Assembly (NCBI GenBank): GCA_021846685.1 | Contig: JAJZWL010000002.1 | Span: 9,321-73,320 of the forward strand | From: a bacterium | Lineage (GTDB): Bacteria > Patescibacteriota > Dojkabacteria > JAKAPS01 > JAJZLI01 | Reading direction: 5' to 3' | Length of the DNA stretch: 64,000 nucleotides | Program-made: the position numbers and the translations under genes | Part shown: in pieces, positions 19,860 to 30,362 of the stretch | How positions within the stretch are numbered: the first letter of the stretch is position 1 | Layout: each line of letters begins with the position of its first letter | Notes under the pieces: model-generated | What the model was told of the DNA's origin: nothing | What the model saw: the letters and a program-made list of their open reading frames with translations, nothing else | Database searches by the model: none

Positions 19860-20171
19860 ATGAAAATCTCAGAAAAGCTAGTATATATAATATTCTCGAT
19901 AATAGAGACTCTTTTAGTTCTAAGAATAATGTTTAAATTATTTGGAGCTAATCCTGCAAATGGGATTGCTGCATTTATTTACGGGTTTTCATATCCGTTA
20001 TATGCTCCATTTGAAGGATTATTTAAAAATCTAACTTATGGAAGATTTATTGTATCACTTAATTCTCTCGCAGCTTTAGTTCTATATACTATAGCAGGAT
20101 TTATTATAATTGAAATATTAGTATATTTTTCATCAAGAGAAGAAGAGAGAAAAAAAGATACTCATTTATAA
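19860..20171 (+). CDS. YggT family membrane protein
   Basis: LLVLR...L.GANP.N...FIY..S.PL..PF.G.F. Confidence 0.8.
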   Translation: MKISEKLVYIIFSIIETLLVLRIMFKLFGANPANGIAAFIYGFSYPLYAPFEGLFKNLTYGRFIVSLNSLAALVLYTIAGFIIIEILVYFSSREEERKKDTHL

Positions 20172-21053
20172 TTATTTACTCTGTACTTGAATTACAATAT
20201 CTATACACTCTAAAGAGCATGTATGATGAAATTTCTTCTCACAAACATTACAACAAACAAATTGTAAATTACATTTTTTATTCTGACAATTTATATATTG
20301 ATCAGAGTACTCATTACAATGCCTGCATTTTGAGATAATTGTTCTATTTTTGGCATCTAAATTAATTGATACCCTCTTATCAAATACATAACATTTTCCT
20401 TCAAAATCTTCTGGATAATAATTAGCATAATTTAGTATCCCTTCCTTTAGTTGATATATATTTTTAAATCCTTTTTTCAAAAGAAATGCAGATGCCTTTT
20501 CACACCTTACTCCTCCTGTGCAGTACATAACTATTTTTTTTCCTTTATATTTTTTTAAATCATTAATTACCTTAGGAAAATCTCTAAAATTATCTATATT
20601 AGGTGTAATAGAATTTTTAAATCTACCTATATATGATTCATAATTATTCCTAGCATCTATTATCACAGTATCATTACTATTCTCTAAAATTATTTTATGA
20701 AAATCCTCTGGAGAAATATATTCTCCTTTTTTAGCACCATCTGTTGTTATATCTATTTTTTGATTTAAAGATACTATCTCATCTCTAACCTTTATTGATA
20801 ATCTGGGAAAAAGATCCTCTTTAATACTACTTTCTTTAAATATGATATCAGAGAATAGAGCATTTGATATTAATTCCTTTTTATACTCTTCTATATCAGC
20901 TAATTTACCTGACAAAGTACCATTTATACCTTCTTGAGATATAATTACTCTTCCTTTCAGATTTAATCGTTTACAGACCTTAAATTGACTGTTTTTCAAA
21001 GCCAATGGATGATCTATCTTTATATATTTATAATAAAGTATTACTTTCTTCAT
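20172..21053 (-). CDS. trhO: tRNA uridine(34) hydroxylase TrhO (YceA/UPF0176, rhodanese domain)
   Basis: LYYKY, GRVIIS.EGINGT, DARN.YE..IG.F, YCTGGVRCEKA, FEGKCYVFD.R, C-terminal Cys cluster. Confidence 0.88.
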   Translation of the reverse strand: MKKVILYYKYIKIDHPLALKNSQFKVCKRLNLKGRVIISQEGINGTLSGKLADIEEYKKELISNALFSDIIFKESSIKEDLFPRLSIKVRDEIVSLNQKIDITTDGAKKGEYISPEDFHKIILENSNDTVIIDARNNYESYIGRFKNSITPNIDNFRDFPKVINDLKKYKGKKIVMYCTGGVRCEKASAFLLKKGFKNIYQLKEGILNYANYYPEDFEGKCYVFDKRVSINLDAKNRTIISKCRHCNEYSDQYINCQNKKCNLQFVCCNVCEKKFHHTCSLECIDIVIQVQSK

Positions 21054-21167
21054 GATTTAATATGACATTTTATCTTAAATATTGATATTTTTCCACTAAA
21101 TATACATATTGTACTTGATAATATATATATATAAGGTATAAAATGTTAAATTATATAAAGAACACAA

Positions 21168-21905
21168 ATGAAGAACATATACAAAAAGAATGGTATCTCA
21201 TATATTGATACATTAGACAGTTATTCTAAGACACCACTATTAATACTCCATGGCTGGCAACAAGATAAAGAGAGCTGGATGGATGTTATAGATATAATCA
21301 AAAAAGATTATCGAGTAATATGTCTAGATTTGCCTAACTTTGGAAATAGTAAACATGAAAAATTCCTGTCATTAGGAGTAGACGAATATGCAGAACTTAT
21401 AGAAGCTCTGCTAAAACGCCTACATATAGATACTGTAAATATATTAGCTCACTCATTTGGAGGAAGAATTGCAATTAAAATTTCTGCCTCAAAAAATATA
21501 AAAGTGCATTCATTAATACTTTTTTCATCAGCAGGTATAATATCAGAAAAAAGAAAATTGAAAAAATATATTTATACAAAATTCCCTAAAAAAATAATAC
21601 CCCAAAAAATACGAGAACAAATGAGGAGTAATGACTATAAGAATGCAGGAGAACTAAAAGAAGTCTTTTTAAAAGCAATAAACTATAATGTATTTCCTTT
21701 ACTTAAAAAAATTTCGGCTAAAACACTTATAATATGGGGAGATGAAGATAAAGAACTAAATTTGAAAAATGCTGATATTTTAAATATGAATATTAAAGTA
21801 TCAGAACTTTCCATACTAAATGGATATACTCATTTTGCACATATTGAAAATCCATATTTATTTTCCGGAATTGTAAAAAACTTTTTAGATAAAAATGAAA
21901 AATAA
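21168..21905 (+). CDS. Alpha/beta-fold hydrolase
   Basis: LHGW, DLPNFG.S, AHSFGG nucleophile elbow, WGDED, THFAH. Confidence 0.9.
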   Translation: MKNIYKKNGISYIDTLDSYSKTPLLILHGWQQDKESWMDVIDIIKKDYRVICLDLPNFGNSKHEKFLSLGVDEYAELIEALLKRLHIDTVNILAHSFGGRIAIKISASKNIKVHSLILFSSAGIISEKRKLKKYIYTKFPKKIIPQKIREQMRSNDYKNAGELKEVFLKAINYNVFPLLKKISAKTLIIWGDEDKELNLKNADILNMNIKVSELSILNGYTHFAHIENPYLFSGIVKNFLDKNEK

Positions 21906-23319
21906 ATATATAACAAAATTACTATATATACTTCAAAGTTTTGAATATGATTCACTTAAATTCTATAAGTATTCATTTAAATTAAAAATTCATTCAAATA
22001 AATTTAAATATAAAGATAAAATAAAATACACTCAAAAAATAAAAGTATTATTAACTATAACTTTGTTATTAGAATTAGTAACATTTATATATTTTGTAAT
22101 ATTATTTGCAAACTTTAAAATATTTAATTTAATATCAATAATAATACTTTTAATAATACTAATACTCATATATGAAGTTTTAACTCCAATATATATTATT
22201 TATTCTTTAAGTTTAATACGCCCAATAGAAAATATATTGAAAGAAAAACAAATTATTAAAGCCAGGAAAAAGGTAGAATCAATTAAAAATATTAAAATAA
22301 TAACAATAACTGGAAGTTATGGGAAAACTAGTACTACTAATTTTATAAAAACATTACTTTCTTTTGATTATAAAGTTTTTACTCCTGGAAAAAGTATTAA
22401 TACAATACTGGGTATATCTAATGAAATTGAAAAGAATATGAAAAATGATACAGAAATATTAGTACTTGAAGTAGGTGCATATAAAATAGGCGAAATCAAA
22501 GAAGTTTTACAAAACTTTCCTTCAGATATTTCGATAATTACTTCAATAGGAACCCAACATCTTGAAAAATTCAAAAGTATTACTAATATAATAAAAGCAG
22601 GAACTGAAATAGTAGACTATTCTAAAGAAAAATCTACTATTATCGCACCAATAGAAATATATGAATATCCTTTTGAAAAATATGGAGTAAAAATAGAATT
22701 TAGCAAAAAGAAAGAATATCTAAAAATAAAATATAACATAGTTAAAATTGAAAAAGGTATTATATATTTTAAAACAAATTTTTCAAAAGAAACTTTTCAT
22801 ACCACATTATTAGGTTATTCAATGATATCTAATTTATCTTTAGCTATAAAGTGTGCTGAAATTTTTAATATTAAAAATATTCAAGGAAAAATAAATATAA
22901 TAAAGCCTGTTAAAAGGAGAATGGAACCCATATATATTAATAATGTTCTATATATAGATGATACATATAATATAGGAGATGAAAGTGCTCGATCTGCAAT
23001 AACATTTCTCAAAGATATGAAAGATAAACAAATATTCAAAAGAATCTTTGTTGTCACAGGAGGAATAGTAGAGAGAGGAGACGAGAGTGAAAAAGTAAAT
23101 AAGGAATATGGGATATTTTTAAGTAAAAATGTTGATAAAGTTTTTATATTTAATACTCCATTTAAAAAATATATTAAAGATGGTATAAATAAAACAGAAA
23201 CAATGACTGATATTGAAAATTATACTGAATTTGAAAAGTATAAAAAAGATTTTAAAGTTGGTGATTGTATATTAATGCAAAATGAAATAACTGATGAATA
23301 TTATTTTAAAAGTATGTAA
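21895..23319 (+). CDS. murF: Mur ligase, MurF-like, with N-terminal TM segments
   Basis: ITGSYGKTST, EVGAY..GEI, IGTQHLE.F, DDTYN; directly upstream of ddl. Confidence 0.8.
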   Translation: MKNKYITKLLYILQSFEYDSLKFYKYSFKLKIHSNKFKYKDKIKYTQKIKVLLTITLLLELVTFIYFVILFANFKIFNLISIIILLIILILIYEVLTPIYIIYSLSLIRPIENILKEKQIIKARKKVESIKNIKIITITGSYGKTSTTNFIKTLLSFDYKVFTPGKSINTILGISNEIEKNMKNDTEILVLEVGAYKIGEIKEVLQNFPSDISIITSIGTQHLEKFKSITNIIKAGTEIVDYSKEKSTIIAPIEIYEYPFEKYGVKIEFSKKKEYLKIKYNIVKIEKGIIYFKTNFSKETFHTTLLGYSMISNLSLAIKCAEIFNIKNIQGKINIIKPVKRRMEPIYINNVLYIDDTYNIGDESARSAITFLKDMKDKQIFKRIFVVTGGIVERGDESEKVNKEYGIFLSKNVDKVFIFNTPFKKYIKDGINKTETMTDIENYTEFEKYKKDFKVGDCILMQNEITDEYYFKSM

Positions 23320-23322
23320 AAT

Positions 23323-24456
23323 ATGAAAAATATAATATTACTATTTGGAGGGGAATCTCCTGAGCATGAAATTTCAATAATCACAGCAAAACAAATATTT
23401 GCCAAATGTGATTTAAAAAAATACAATGTTTACCCTATATATCTAGATAAAGAACACAAATTTAAATATATACCAGAGTTTCATAAGTTCAATACATTTA
23501 AAGACTTTAAAGATTTAAAAAAAATAAATATAAAAATTATAATAGAAAATGGTCAAACTGTTTTTTATTTAGGAAACTTAAGAAAATTAAAAGATATATA
23601 TGCAGCTTTATTAACTTTTCACGGTGGAGAAGGAGAGAATGGTAAAATTCAAGGATTTTTAGATACTTTAAAAATCCCATACACAGGACCAAGTGTAAAA
23701 GGATCTGTATATGGGATAGATAAAATAGTGATGAAGTATATTTTAGAAAAAAATAATATACCAATAGTTCCTTGGACATATATCAGTAAACATGATTGGG
23801 AAGAAAATAAAGATAAATGTATAAAAAAAATTAAAGAGTTGGACAAATATCCATTAATTGTAAAACCTTCATCTTTAGGATCTAGTATAGGTGTCAAAAA
23901 AGTTGATAATGATAATGAACTAATAGATATAATTGATTCAGATATTCTTTATGATGAATTTATAATAATAGAAGTATTTAAAGAAAATCTTGTGGAAATT
24001 ACTTATTCTCTTCTGAAAGATAAAGATATAATATTATTTTCATTATCAGAAGAAATTGAGAAGAATATGAACATTGTATATAGCTATAGTGACAAATATC
24101 TATCTGGAGACAAGAATAAATCGAAATCAGAAGGAATGGCTAATTCAAAGAAAAAAATACCTGCAAATATTCCAGAGACTCTAGATAAGAGAATAAAAGA
24201 GACTGCGAAAAAAATATATGTTAGTCTAAATTCTCAAAGTCTTGTCAGAATTGATTATTTAGTAGATATAAAAAATAATAAATTTTATCCTATTGAAATA
24301 AATACTATTCCTGGATCATTATCTTTCTATCTTTGGGAGGCAAAAGGTGTGCAATTTAGAGAAATAATAGACATAATGATAGAAACATCTGTGTTAGATT
24401 TTAAAAAACAAGATAAATTTATATCAAATATAGATAGTCCTCTTTGGGATTTCTAA
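23323..24456 (+). CDS. ddl: D-alanine--D-alanine ligase
   Basis: FGGESPEHEIS, HGGEGENG, KP..LGSSIG, Y.Y.DKY, RIDY, EINTIPG. Confidence 0.93.
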   Translation: MKNIILLFGGESPEHEISIITAKQIFAKCDLKKYNVYPIYLDKEHKFKYIPEFHKFNTFKDFKDLKKINIKIIIENGQTVFYLGNLRKLKDIYAALLTFHGGEGENGKIQGFLDTLKIPYTGPSVKGSVYGIDKIVMKYILEKNNIPIVPWTYISKHDWEENKDKCIKKIKELDKYPLIVKPSSLGSSIGVKKVDNDNELIDIIDSDILYDEFIIIEVFKENLVEITYSLLKDKDIILFSLSEEIEKNMNIVYSYSDKYLSGDKNKSKSEGMANSKKKIPANIPETLDKRIKETAKKIYVSLNSQSLVRIDYLVDIKNNKFYPIEINTIPGSLSFYLWEAKGVQFREIIDIMIETSVLDFKKQDKFISNIDSPLWDF

Positions 24457-24472
24457 AAAGTCCTTTTAATAC

Positions 24473-24501
24473 TTGACAAATATCAACTTTGATCTTATAA
24501 T
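24473..24501 (+). promoter_or_regulatory. Consensus sigma70 promoter for the NlpC/P60-mraY unit
   Basis: TTGACA 24473-24478, 17-bp spacer, TATAAT 24496-24501. Confidence 0.8.
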
Positions 24502-24511
24502 ATTTTATTAT

Positions 24512-25222
24512 ATGAGTGATATTAAAATTAAAAAATTACCTCAAGAGTGCTTTGATATATATGGACAGTATAATAATGTTCCTTATTATATAAATAAAAG
24601 TAAAAATAAATTCTTAAAAAATATCAATAGAGGAAAAGCTAGCCCAAAAGAAATCGACCTATTTATATTAAATAAGAATAATAATAAAGCTCTCAAAGGG
24701 AAAAATAAATATAATTTCTTAAAAGAAAACAAAGTAGGGATTGATTGCTCAGGTTTTGTATCATATATTCTAGAAGAATTAGCCTTAAAAAATAAAGATA
24801 AGCATATTTGGGAAATAATTCATAATACCACTAAAAATCCAATTAAAATATTCTATTCTCATAAAATAAGACCTATTAGCTCTAAAATGAATGCTGATAT
24901 ATTAACAAATGATATTAACAGTATTACTATAAAAAAAATAAATGATATAAAACCAGGAGATTTAATAAGAATGAATGGGGGAAAACATATTGCTATAATA
25001 TCAGAAGTACATTATAACAAAAAAAATGTATCAAAAATCATCTATTGGCAATCTACTGAAAATATAGGAGTTTGTGAATCTGAAATAATTATACAAGATC
25101 CAAATAAAGAGTTAAAAGATCAATTATGGAAGAAGATTAAAGGCTCTAAATATGATACACTCTCATTATATAAGAAAAAAATAAACTCTAATGGAGTAAA
25201 AAGATTAAAATTAATTTCATAA
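24512..25222 (+). CDS. NlpC/P60-like cysteine hydrolase without signal peptide
   Basis: VPY, GIDCSGFV, I.PGDLI, KHIAII; start moved to ATG 24512 because the track's TTG start is the -35 box. Confidence 0.72.
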   Translation: MSDIKIKKLPQECFDIYGQYNNVPYYINKSKNKFLKNINRGKASPKEIDLFILNKNNNKALKGKNKYNFLKENKVGIDCSGFVSYILEELALKNKDKHIWEIIHNTTKNPIKIFYSHKIRPISSKMNADILTNDINSITIKKINDIKPGDLIRMNGGKHIAIISEVHYNKKNVSKIIYWQSTENIGVCESEIIIQDPNKELKDQLWKKIKGSKYDTLSLYKKKINSNGVKRLKLIS

Positions 25223-25225
25223 ATT

Positions 25226-26320
25226 ATGTTAGCAGCTTTTACATTTTTAATATTATCGTTATTAGTATCTTTATTGGTAGCACCATTTATAATTGATTTA
25301 TTGTATCAATTTAAGGTGGTTAGAGGTAGAGCTTCGGATGACACACTAAAAATAAAAAAAAGACAGTCCAAATTGGGCACACCAATGATGGGAGGTATAA
25401 TTATCATTATATCTGTAGTGATAATTACATTATTATTCAATTGGAATAAATATACACAGATTCCTATATTAATATTCTTAATAGGTTCAGCTTTAGGTGC
25501 TATAGATGATTTACTAAATATATTTGGAAAGAAGAAAAGAGTTTTCAAAAGTTTTAAACATCATTTAAAATTAGCTCTTCATCATAAAAAAATAACTAAA
25601 AGAATATTCTATATAATTACTATTCCTTGGGCTTTATATCGAGGATTATTTAATTCAATAGGATCAAGATATGGTACAGGATTATATCCTCATGAAAGAA
25701 TTCTAATTCAAATTATAGAAAGTGCCATAGTGTCTTACTATGTATTCTTTTACTTGCATATTCAAAGTATTTGGATATGGTCTAATATATATGTAAATAT
25801 AGGAATATGGATTATTCCATTAATCTTTTTAATAATTATATCTACTGCAAATGCTGTTAATATAACAGATGGGTTAGATGGATTATCTGTAGGTGTTATG
25901 ATTGCAGCTTTTATAACATTTATGACAATAGCATTGATTCAAAAAAATGAAAGTATTGCAATATTATCTGGAACTATAACAGGAGCATTAGTAACATATC
26001 TATATTTCAATATAAAACCTGCTAGAGTACAAATAGGGGATATAGGCACATTAGGATTAGGATCACTATTAGGAATAATATCAATAATTCTTCAAAAAGA
26101 ATTAATATTAGTTATTGTTGGAGGAGTATTTGTAGTAGAAACACTATCTGTAATAATTCAAAAATTAGGGAAAAAATATCTTCATAAAAAATTCTTTTTA
26201 ATGGCACCTCTTCATCATCATTTAGAATTATTAGGGTGGTCTGAAGAAAAAATAGTAATGAGATTATGGATTTTTTCTTTTATTCTAGCACTAATATCTA
26301 TCTGGATATCTCTTATTTAA
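25226..26320 (+). CDS. mraY: Phospho-N-acetylmuramoyl-pentapeptide transferase
   Basis: K.GTPMMGG, G.IDD, NAVNITDGLDGL, PA.V..GD.G, E.LSVIIQ, MAPLHHHLE..GW.E. Confidence 0.95.
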   Translation: MLAAFTFLILSLLVSLLVAPFIIDLLYQFKVVRGRASDDTLKIKKRQSKLGTPMMGGIIIIISVVIITLLFNWNKYTQIPILIFLIGSALGAIDDLLNIFGKKKRVFKSFKHHLKLALHHKKITKRIFYIITIPWALYRGLFNSIGSRYGTGLYPHERILIQIIESAIVSYYVFFYLHIQSIWIWSNIYVNIGIWIIPLIFLIIISTANAVNITDGLDGLSVGVMIAAFITFMTIALIQKNESIAILSGTITGALVTYLYFNIKPARVQIGDIGTLGLGSLLGIISIILQKELILVIVGGVFVVETLSVIIQKLGKKYLHKKFFLMAPLHHHLELLGWSEEKIVMRLWIFSFILALISIWISLI

Positions 26321-26325
26321 GTAAG

Positions 26326-26721
26326 TTAAACTAGACTTTCATCAACTATACTTTTTAATGTATTTGTCACTTCTTCAAATAATGCCAATGGTAGATCTGT
26401 TGTCATTTTAAAAATATTTTTAATAGCATCTGGAAGAAGAGCAGATACTATTATTTTACTATTATTTTCATACACATTTATTTTACAAGGAAGAAATAAT
26501 CCCACCTCTTTAGAGATAGAAAGTATTTCATGAGCACTCTTGGCATTACATAATTCTATGATTACATAGTTTTCCATTTCAAAGTTTTTTGAATTTAGGG
26601 TTGATTTAATATCATGAATAGCAAGAACCTTGAATCCTTTTTGAGGTATTATATCTTTGATTTTTTCTACAGTTTTAAAAAAACTATTATTTGATTCTTT
26701 TGTATAAATATAATTATCCAT
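26326..26721 (-). CDS. DUF302 domain protein
   Basis: GF.V...HD...TL, I.LCN...A, VGLFLPCKI.VYE. Confidence 0.85.
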   Translation of the reverse strand: MDNYIYTKESNNSFFKTVEKIKDIIPQKGFKVLAIHDIKSTLNSKNFEMENYVIIELCNAKSAHEILSISKEVGLFLPCKINVYENNSKIIVSALLPDAIKNIFKMTTDLPLALFEEVTNTLKSIVDESLV

Positions 26722-26774
26722 ATAACTTAATAATACCAGATTAATTAATATATATCACGTTAAATGATATTAAA

Positions 26775-27365
26775 TTATTTAATATCATTACTTTTTATAA
26801 AATTATTGTAAGACTTTTTCTCTTTCTCTGCCCAATCTTTATCTTTTAATCTTTCCATAAAAGGATCTATATCCCAATAATAATACTTATCTTTTCCTAT
26901 ATTTTTTAAAAATTCCTTTCTATAGTCAGAAACCTTCATGTATTCTTTAGCAGGAGAACCCATTACTATAGTATTCGGGAGTACATCTTTAGTAACTAAA
27001 GAACCTGCACCTATTACAGATTTACTTCCAATAGTCACTCCTGGCATAATTATACACTTAGCCCCTATATATGCCCCCTCCTTAATAATAACCTTGCCAA
27101 ATCTTACAGGATCAGAATACAAATTATTCATTGAACTATCATGAACTAATATTCTAGTCCCATAAGCTATAGTTACATTATTTTCAATTTTCAAAAATTC
27201 TGGGTAAATTTCTTCAATTTCAACATGATCTAAAAAAACATCTTCTCCTATATCAAATCCTAATCCTCTTAATCTATTGATAGTTCTCTCCATATCCTCA
27301 TTCACACCTATTTCCCAAAGAACCTTATAATAAATTTTTTTTATAAACCTCCAAAATATATTCAT
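26775..27365 (-). CDS. Hexapeptide-repeat (LbH) acyltransferase
   Basis: IGEDV, IENNVTI, ILVHD, IGA...IMPGVTIG...VIGAGS.VTKDV, GSPA; start at 27365, 7 nt after TATAAT. Confidence 0.88.
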   Translation of the reverse strand: MNIFWRFIKKIYYKVLWEIGVNEDMERTINRLRGLGFDIGEDVFLDHVEIEEIYPEFLKIENNVTIAYGTRILVHDSSMNNLYSDPVRFGKVIIKEGAYIGAKCIIMPGVTIGSKSVIGAGSLVTKDVLPNTIVMGSPAKEYMKVSDYRKEFLKNIGKDKYYYWDIDPFMERLKDKDWAEKEKKSYNNFIKSNDIK

Positions 27366-27448
27366 ATAATATATTATAATACAAGAATATAATAAAAAGT
27401 ATAGATTATATAAGATATTCATGTTATAATTTCGAATAATAACAACAT

Positions 27449-28474
27449 ATGAAAGAAAAAATAAACAATAAAAAAAATACTATACAACTAAGAAGATTAA
27501 TAGCAATTTTGGCAGTAATGCCATTCATAGCAATATATCTAATGATATATCCTACATACAGCAAATCATATAGCAAAGAAATTTCTAAGTCTTATAGTAT
27601 ATTCATTAATTCATATCCACAAAACAATAAAATAGAAAATAGTATCTCTCTTATTTGGGGAGAACCTAGCTATAAAAATATTAATTATGTATTAATGAGA
27701 GATGGACAATATTTTACAAAATTCAATTATGGAACTAATTCCTATGTTGATACAAATCTTATTCCAAATACACAGTATACATATCAAATATACGTAGAGA
27801 ATAACAATAATACTATATTATCTAAAAGTAATATATTAACTCTCTCTACAGAAAATTCTTTATATAATCCTTTAGTAATTGTACCTCATTCACGATATAC
27901 AACATATTCAGCATTCGGAGATAGTATCACTCAAGGATTTGAAGCTCCAATATCATATTATGATAGAATTTCTCAATATTTGAAAAATAAAGAAAATACA
28001 ACTTCTTTCAATGAAGGTATCGGAGGAAATACTACTTACGACCTCTTAGCAAGAATCAACCCTGAGCTGCAAACGGAAAATCCTGATTTAGTAACGATAA
28101 TGATAGGAGCTAATGATATAAGAGAGGGTTCCCAGAATAACCCAACAATTACATCTCTTGATTATAAAAATAATCTTTTGAAAATTATTACAGATACTAA
28201 CCCTTCCCCAAAAAGAACTGTATTAATTTTTGAACTTTCAAATATTACAGATTGGAATTCTCCAGGATTTACAGCAGGGAATGCAGGAAGATTAATTGAA
28301 TTTAATAAAATAATAAAAGGAGTCGCAAATTCCATGGGGATACCTTATATATCTTTATCCGGATTCAAATCGATTCCAAATGATCTTACATCTGAAGGAT
28401 TACATCCAAATGATATCGGGGATAAATATATCTATGAGCAACTTAAATCAAAAATATTGAAATATAATAATTAA
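27449..28474 (+). CDS. Membrane-anchored FN3 plus SGNH/GDSL hydrolase
   Basis: TM helix; FN3 (ISLIW, YVDTNL.PNTQYTYQI); FGDSIT.G, GIGG, GAND, GLHPN. Confidence 0.88.
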   Translation: MKEKINNKKNTIQLRRLIAILAVMPFIAIYLMIYPTYSKSYSKEISKSYSIFINSYPQNNKIENSISLIWGEPSYKNINYVLMRDGQYFTKFNYGTNSYVDTNLIPNTQYTYQIYVENNNNTILSKSNILTLSTENSLYNPLVIVPHSRYTTYSAFGDSITQGFEAPISYYDRISQYLKNKENTTSFNEGIGGNTTYDLLARINPELQTENPDLVTIMIGANDIREGSQNNPTITSLDYKNNLLKIITDTNPSPKRTVLIFELSNITDWNSPGFTAGNAGRLIEFNKIIKGVANSMGIPYISLSGFKSIPNDLTSEGLHPNDIGDKYIYEQLKSKILKYNN

Positions 28475-28476
28475 AC

Positions 28477-28506
28477 TTGCAAATCAACTTTTGTTAAATG
28501 TATAAT
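28477..28506 (+). promoter_or_regulatory. Promoter of the atp operon
   Basis: TTGCAA, 18-bp spacer, TATAAT. Confidence 0.6.
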
Positions 28507-28528
28507 AGCAGGGAATTAGAATAAAATT

Positions 28529-29502
<974 letters not shown>

Positions 29503-29511
29503 GATTTAAAT

Positions 29512-30015
29512 ATGAACTTTATAGAACTATTTAGGATAAATATCTCATATATAATTTTCTATACGATAGATTTTTTTATAATACTTCTTGTTCTTCAAAA
29601 ATATTTATTTAAAAAAATAAATACTGTACTAGAAGATAGAGAGAAAAAAATAAAAGAATCTATTGAAAATAGTAAATTTATTGAACAAAAAAAAGATGAG
29701 ATTGAAAAAGAATATAGAGAAAAAATGATTCAAACTCAAAAGGAAAGTGAGCAAATCATCTTAGAAGCAAGAGAGAGTGCAGAAAATATACGGTTGGAAA
29801 TTCTAGAGAGTAGTAAAGAAGAAAGCGCAAGAATAATATCAGAAGCTGAGAAGGAAACAGAAAAATTCCACGATCAAATATATATAACTTTAAAAAAAGA
29901 ATTATTAGATCTTGTAGTTATTGGAGTTTCTAAATCGCTAGAAGATTTTTTGGATGAAAAAGAAAAAGAGAAAATCATTAAAAAAAGCATGGAATTTATA
30001 AAAAATGAAAGATAA
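29512..30015 (+). CDS. atpF: ATP synthase Fo subunit b
   Basis: N-terminal TM, LEDRE..I, coiled coil; operon position. Confidence 0.92.
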   Translation: MNFIELFRINISYIIFYTIDFFIILLVLQKYLFKKINTVLEDREKKIKESIENSKFIEQKKDEIEKEYREKMIQTQKESEQIILEARESAENIRLEILESSKEESARIISEAEKETEKFHDQIYITLKKELLDLVVIGVSKSLEDFLDEKEKEKIIKKSMEFIKNER

Positions 30016-30358
30016 AAAAATTATAAATATAATATTATCTCATATTGAAAACAAAGGAAATATTGATTTAGAGGTATTAATTAAAATTATTAATAGTAAA
30101 TCAATATCATATTCACAAATGAATTTATTGTATAAAAATATAATAAATAAAATAAAAAAAGATGAATTAATTATAGAATATTCATCAGAATCTATAGATA
30201 AAAAGTCTATATTAAAGGAATTTAATAATCCTACTGTATACAACTTTATAAAAAATACATCTCTTATAGGTGGTTTAAAAATAAAGAAGGATTGGAGTAT
30301 AATAGATACTTCAATAAAAGAAAAATTAAACAAAATAAATACTATTAATTTAAAATAA
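30005..30358 (+). CDS. atpH: ATP synthase F1 delta subunit, shortened
   Basis: C-terminal SLIGGLKIK....IDTSIK.KL motif; position between atpF and atpA. Confidence 0.8.
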   Translation: MKDKKIINIILSHIENKGNIDLEVLIKIINSKSISYSQMNLLYKNIINKIKKDELIIEYSSESIDKKSILKEFNNPTVYNFIKNTSLIGGLKIKKDWSIIDTSIKEKLNKINTINLK

Positions 30359-30362
30359 AAAT

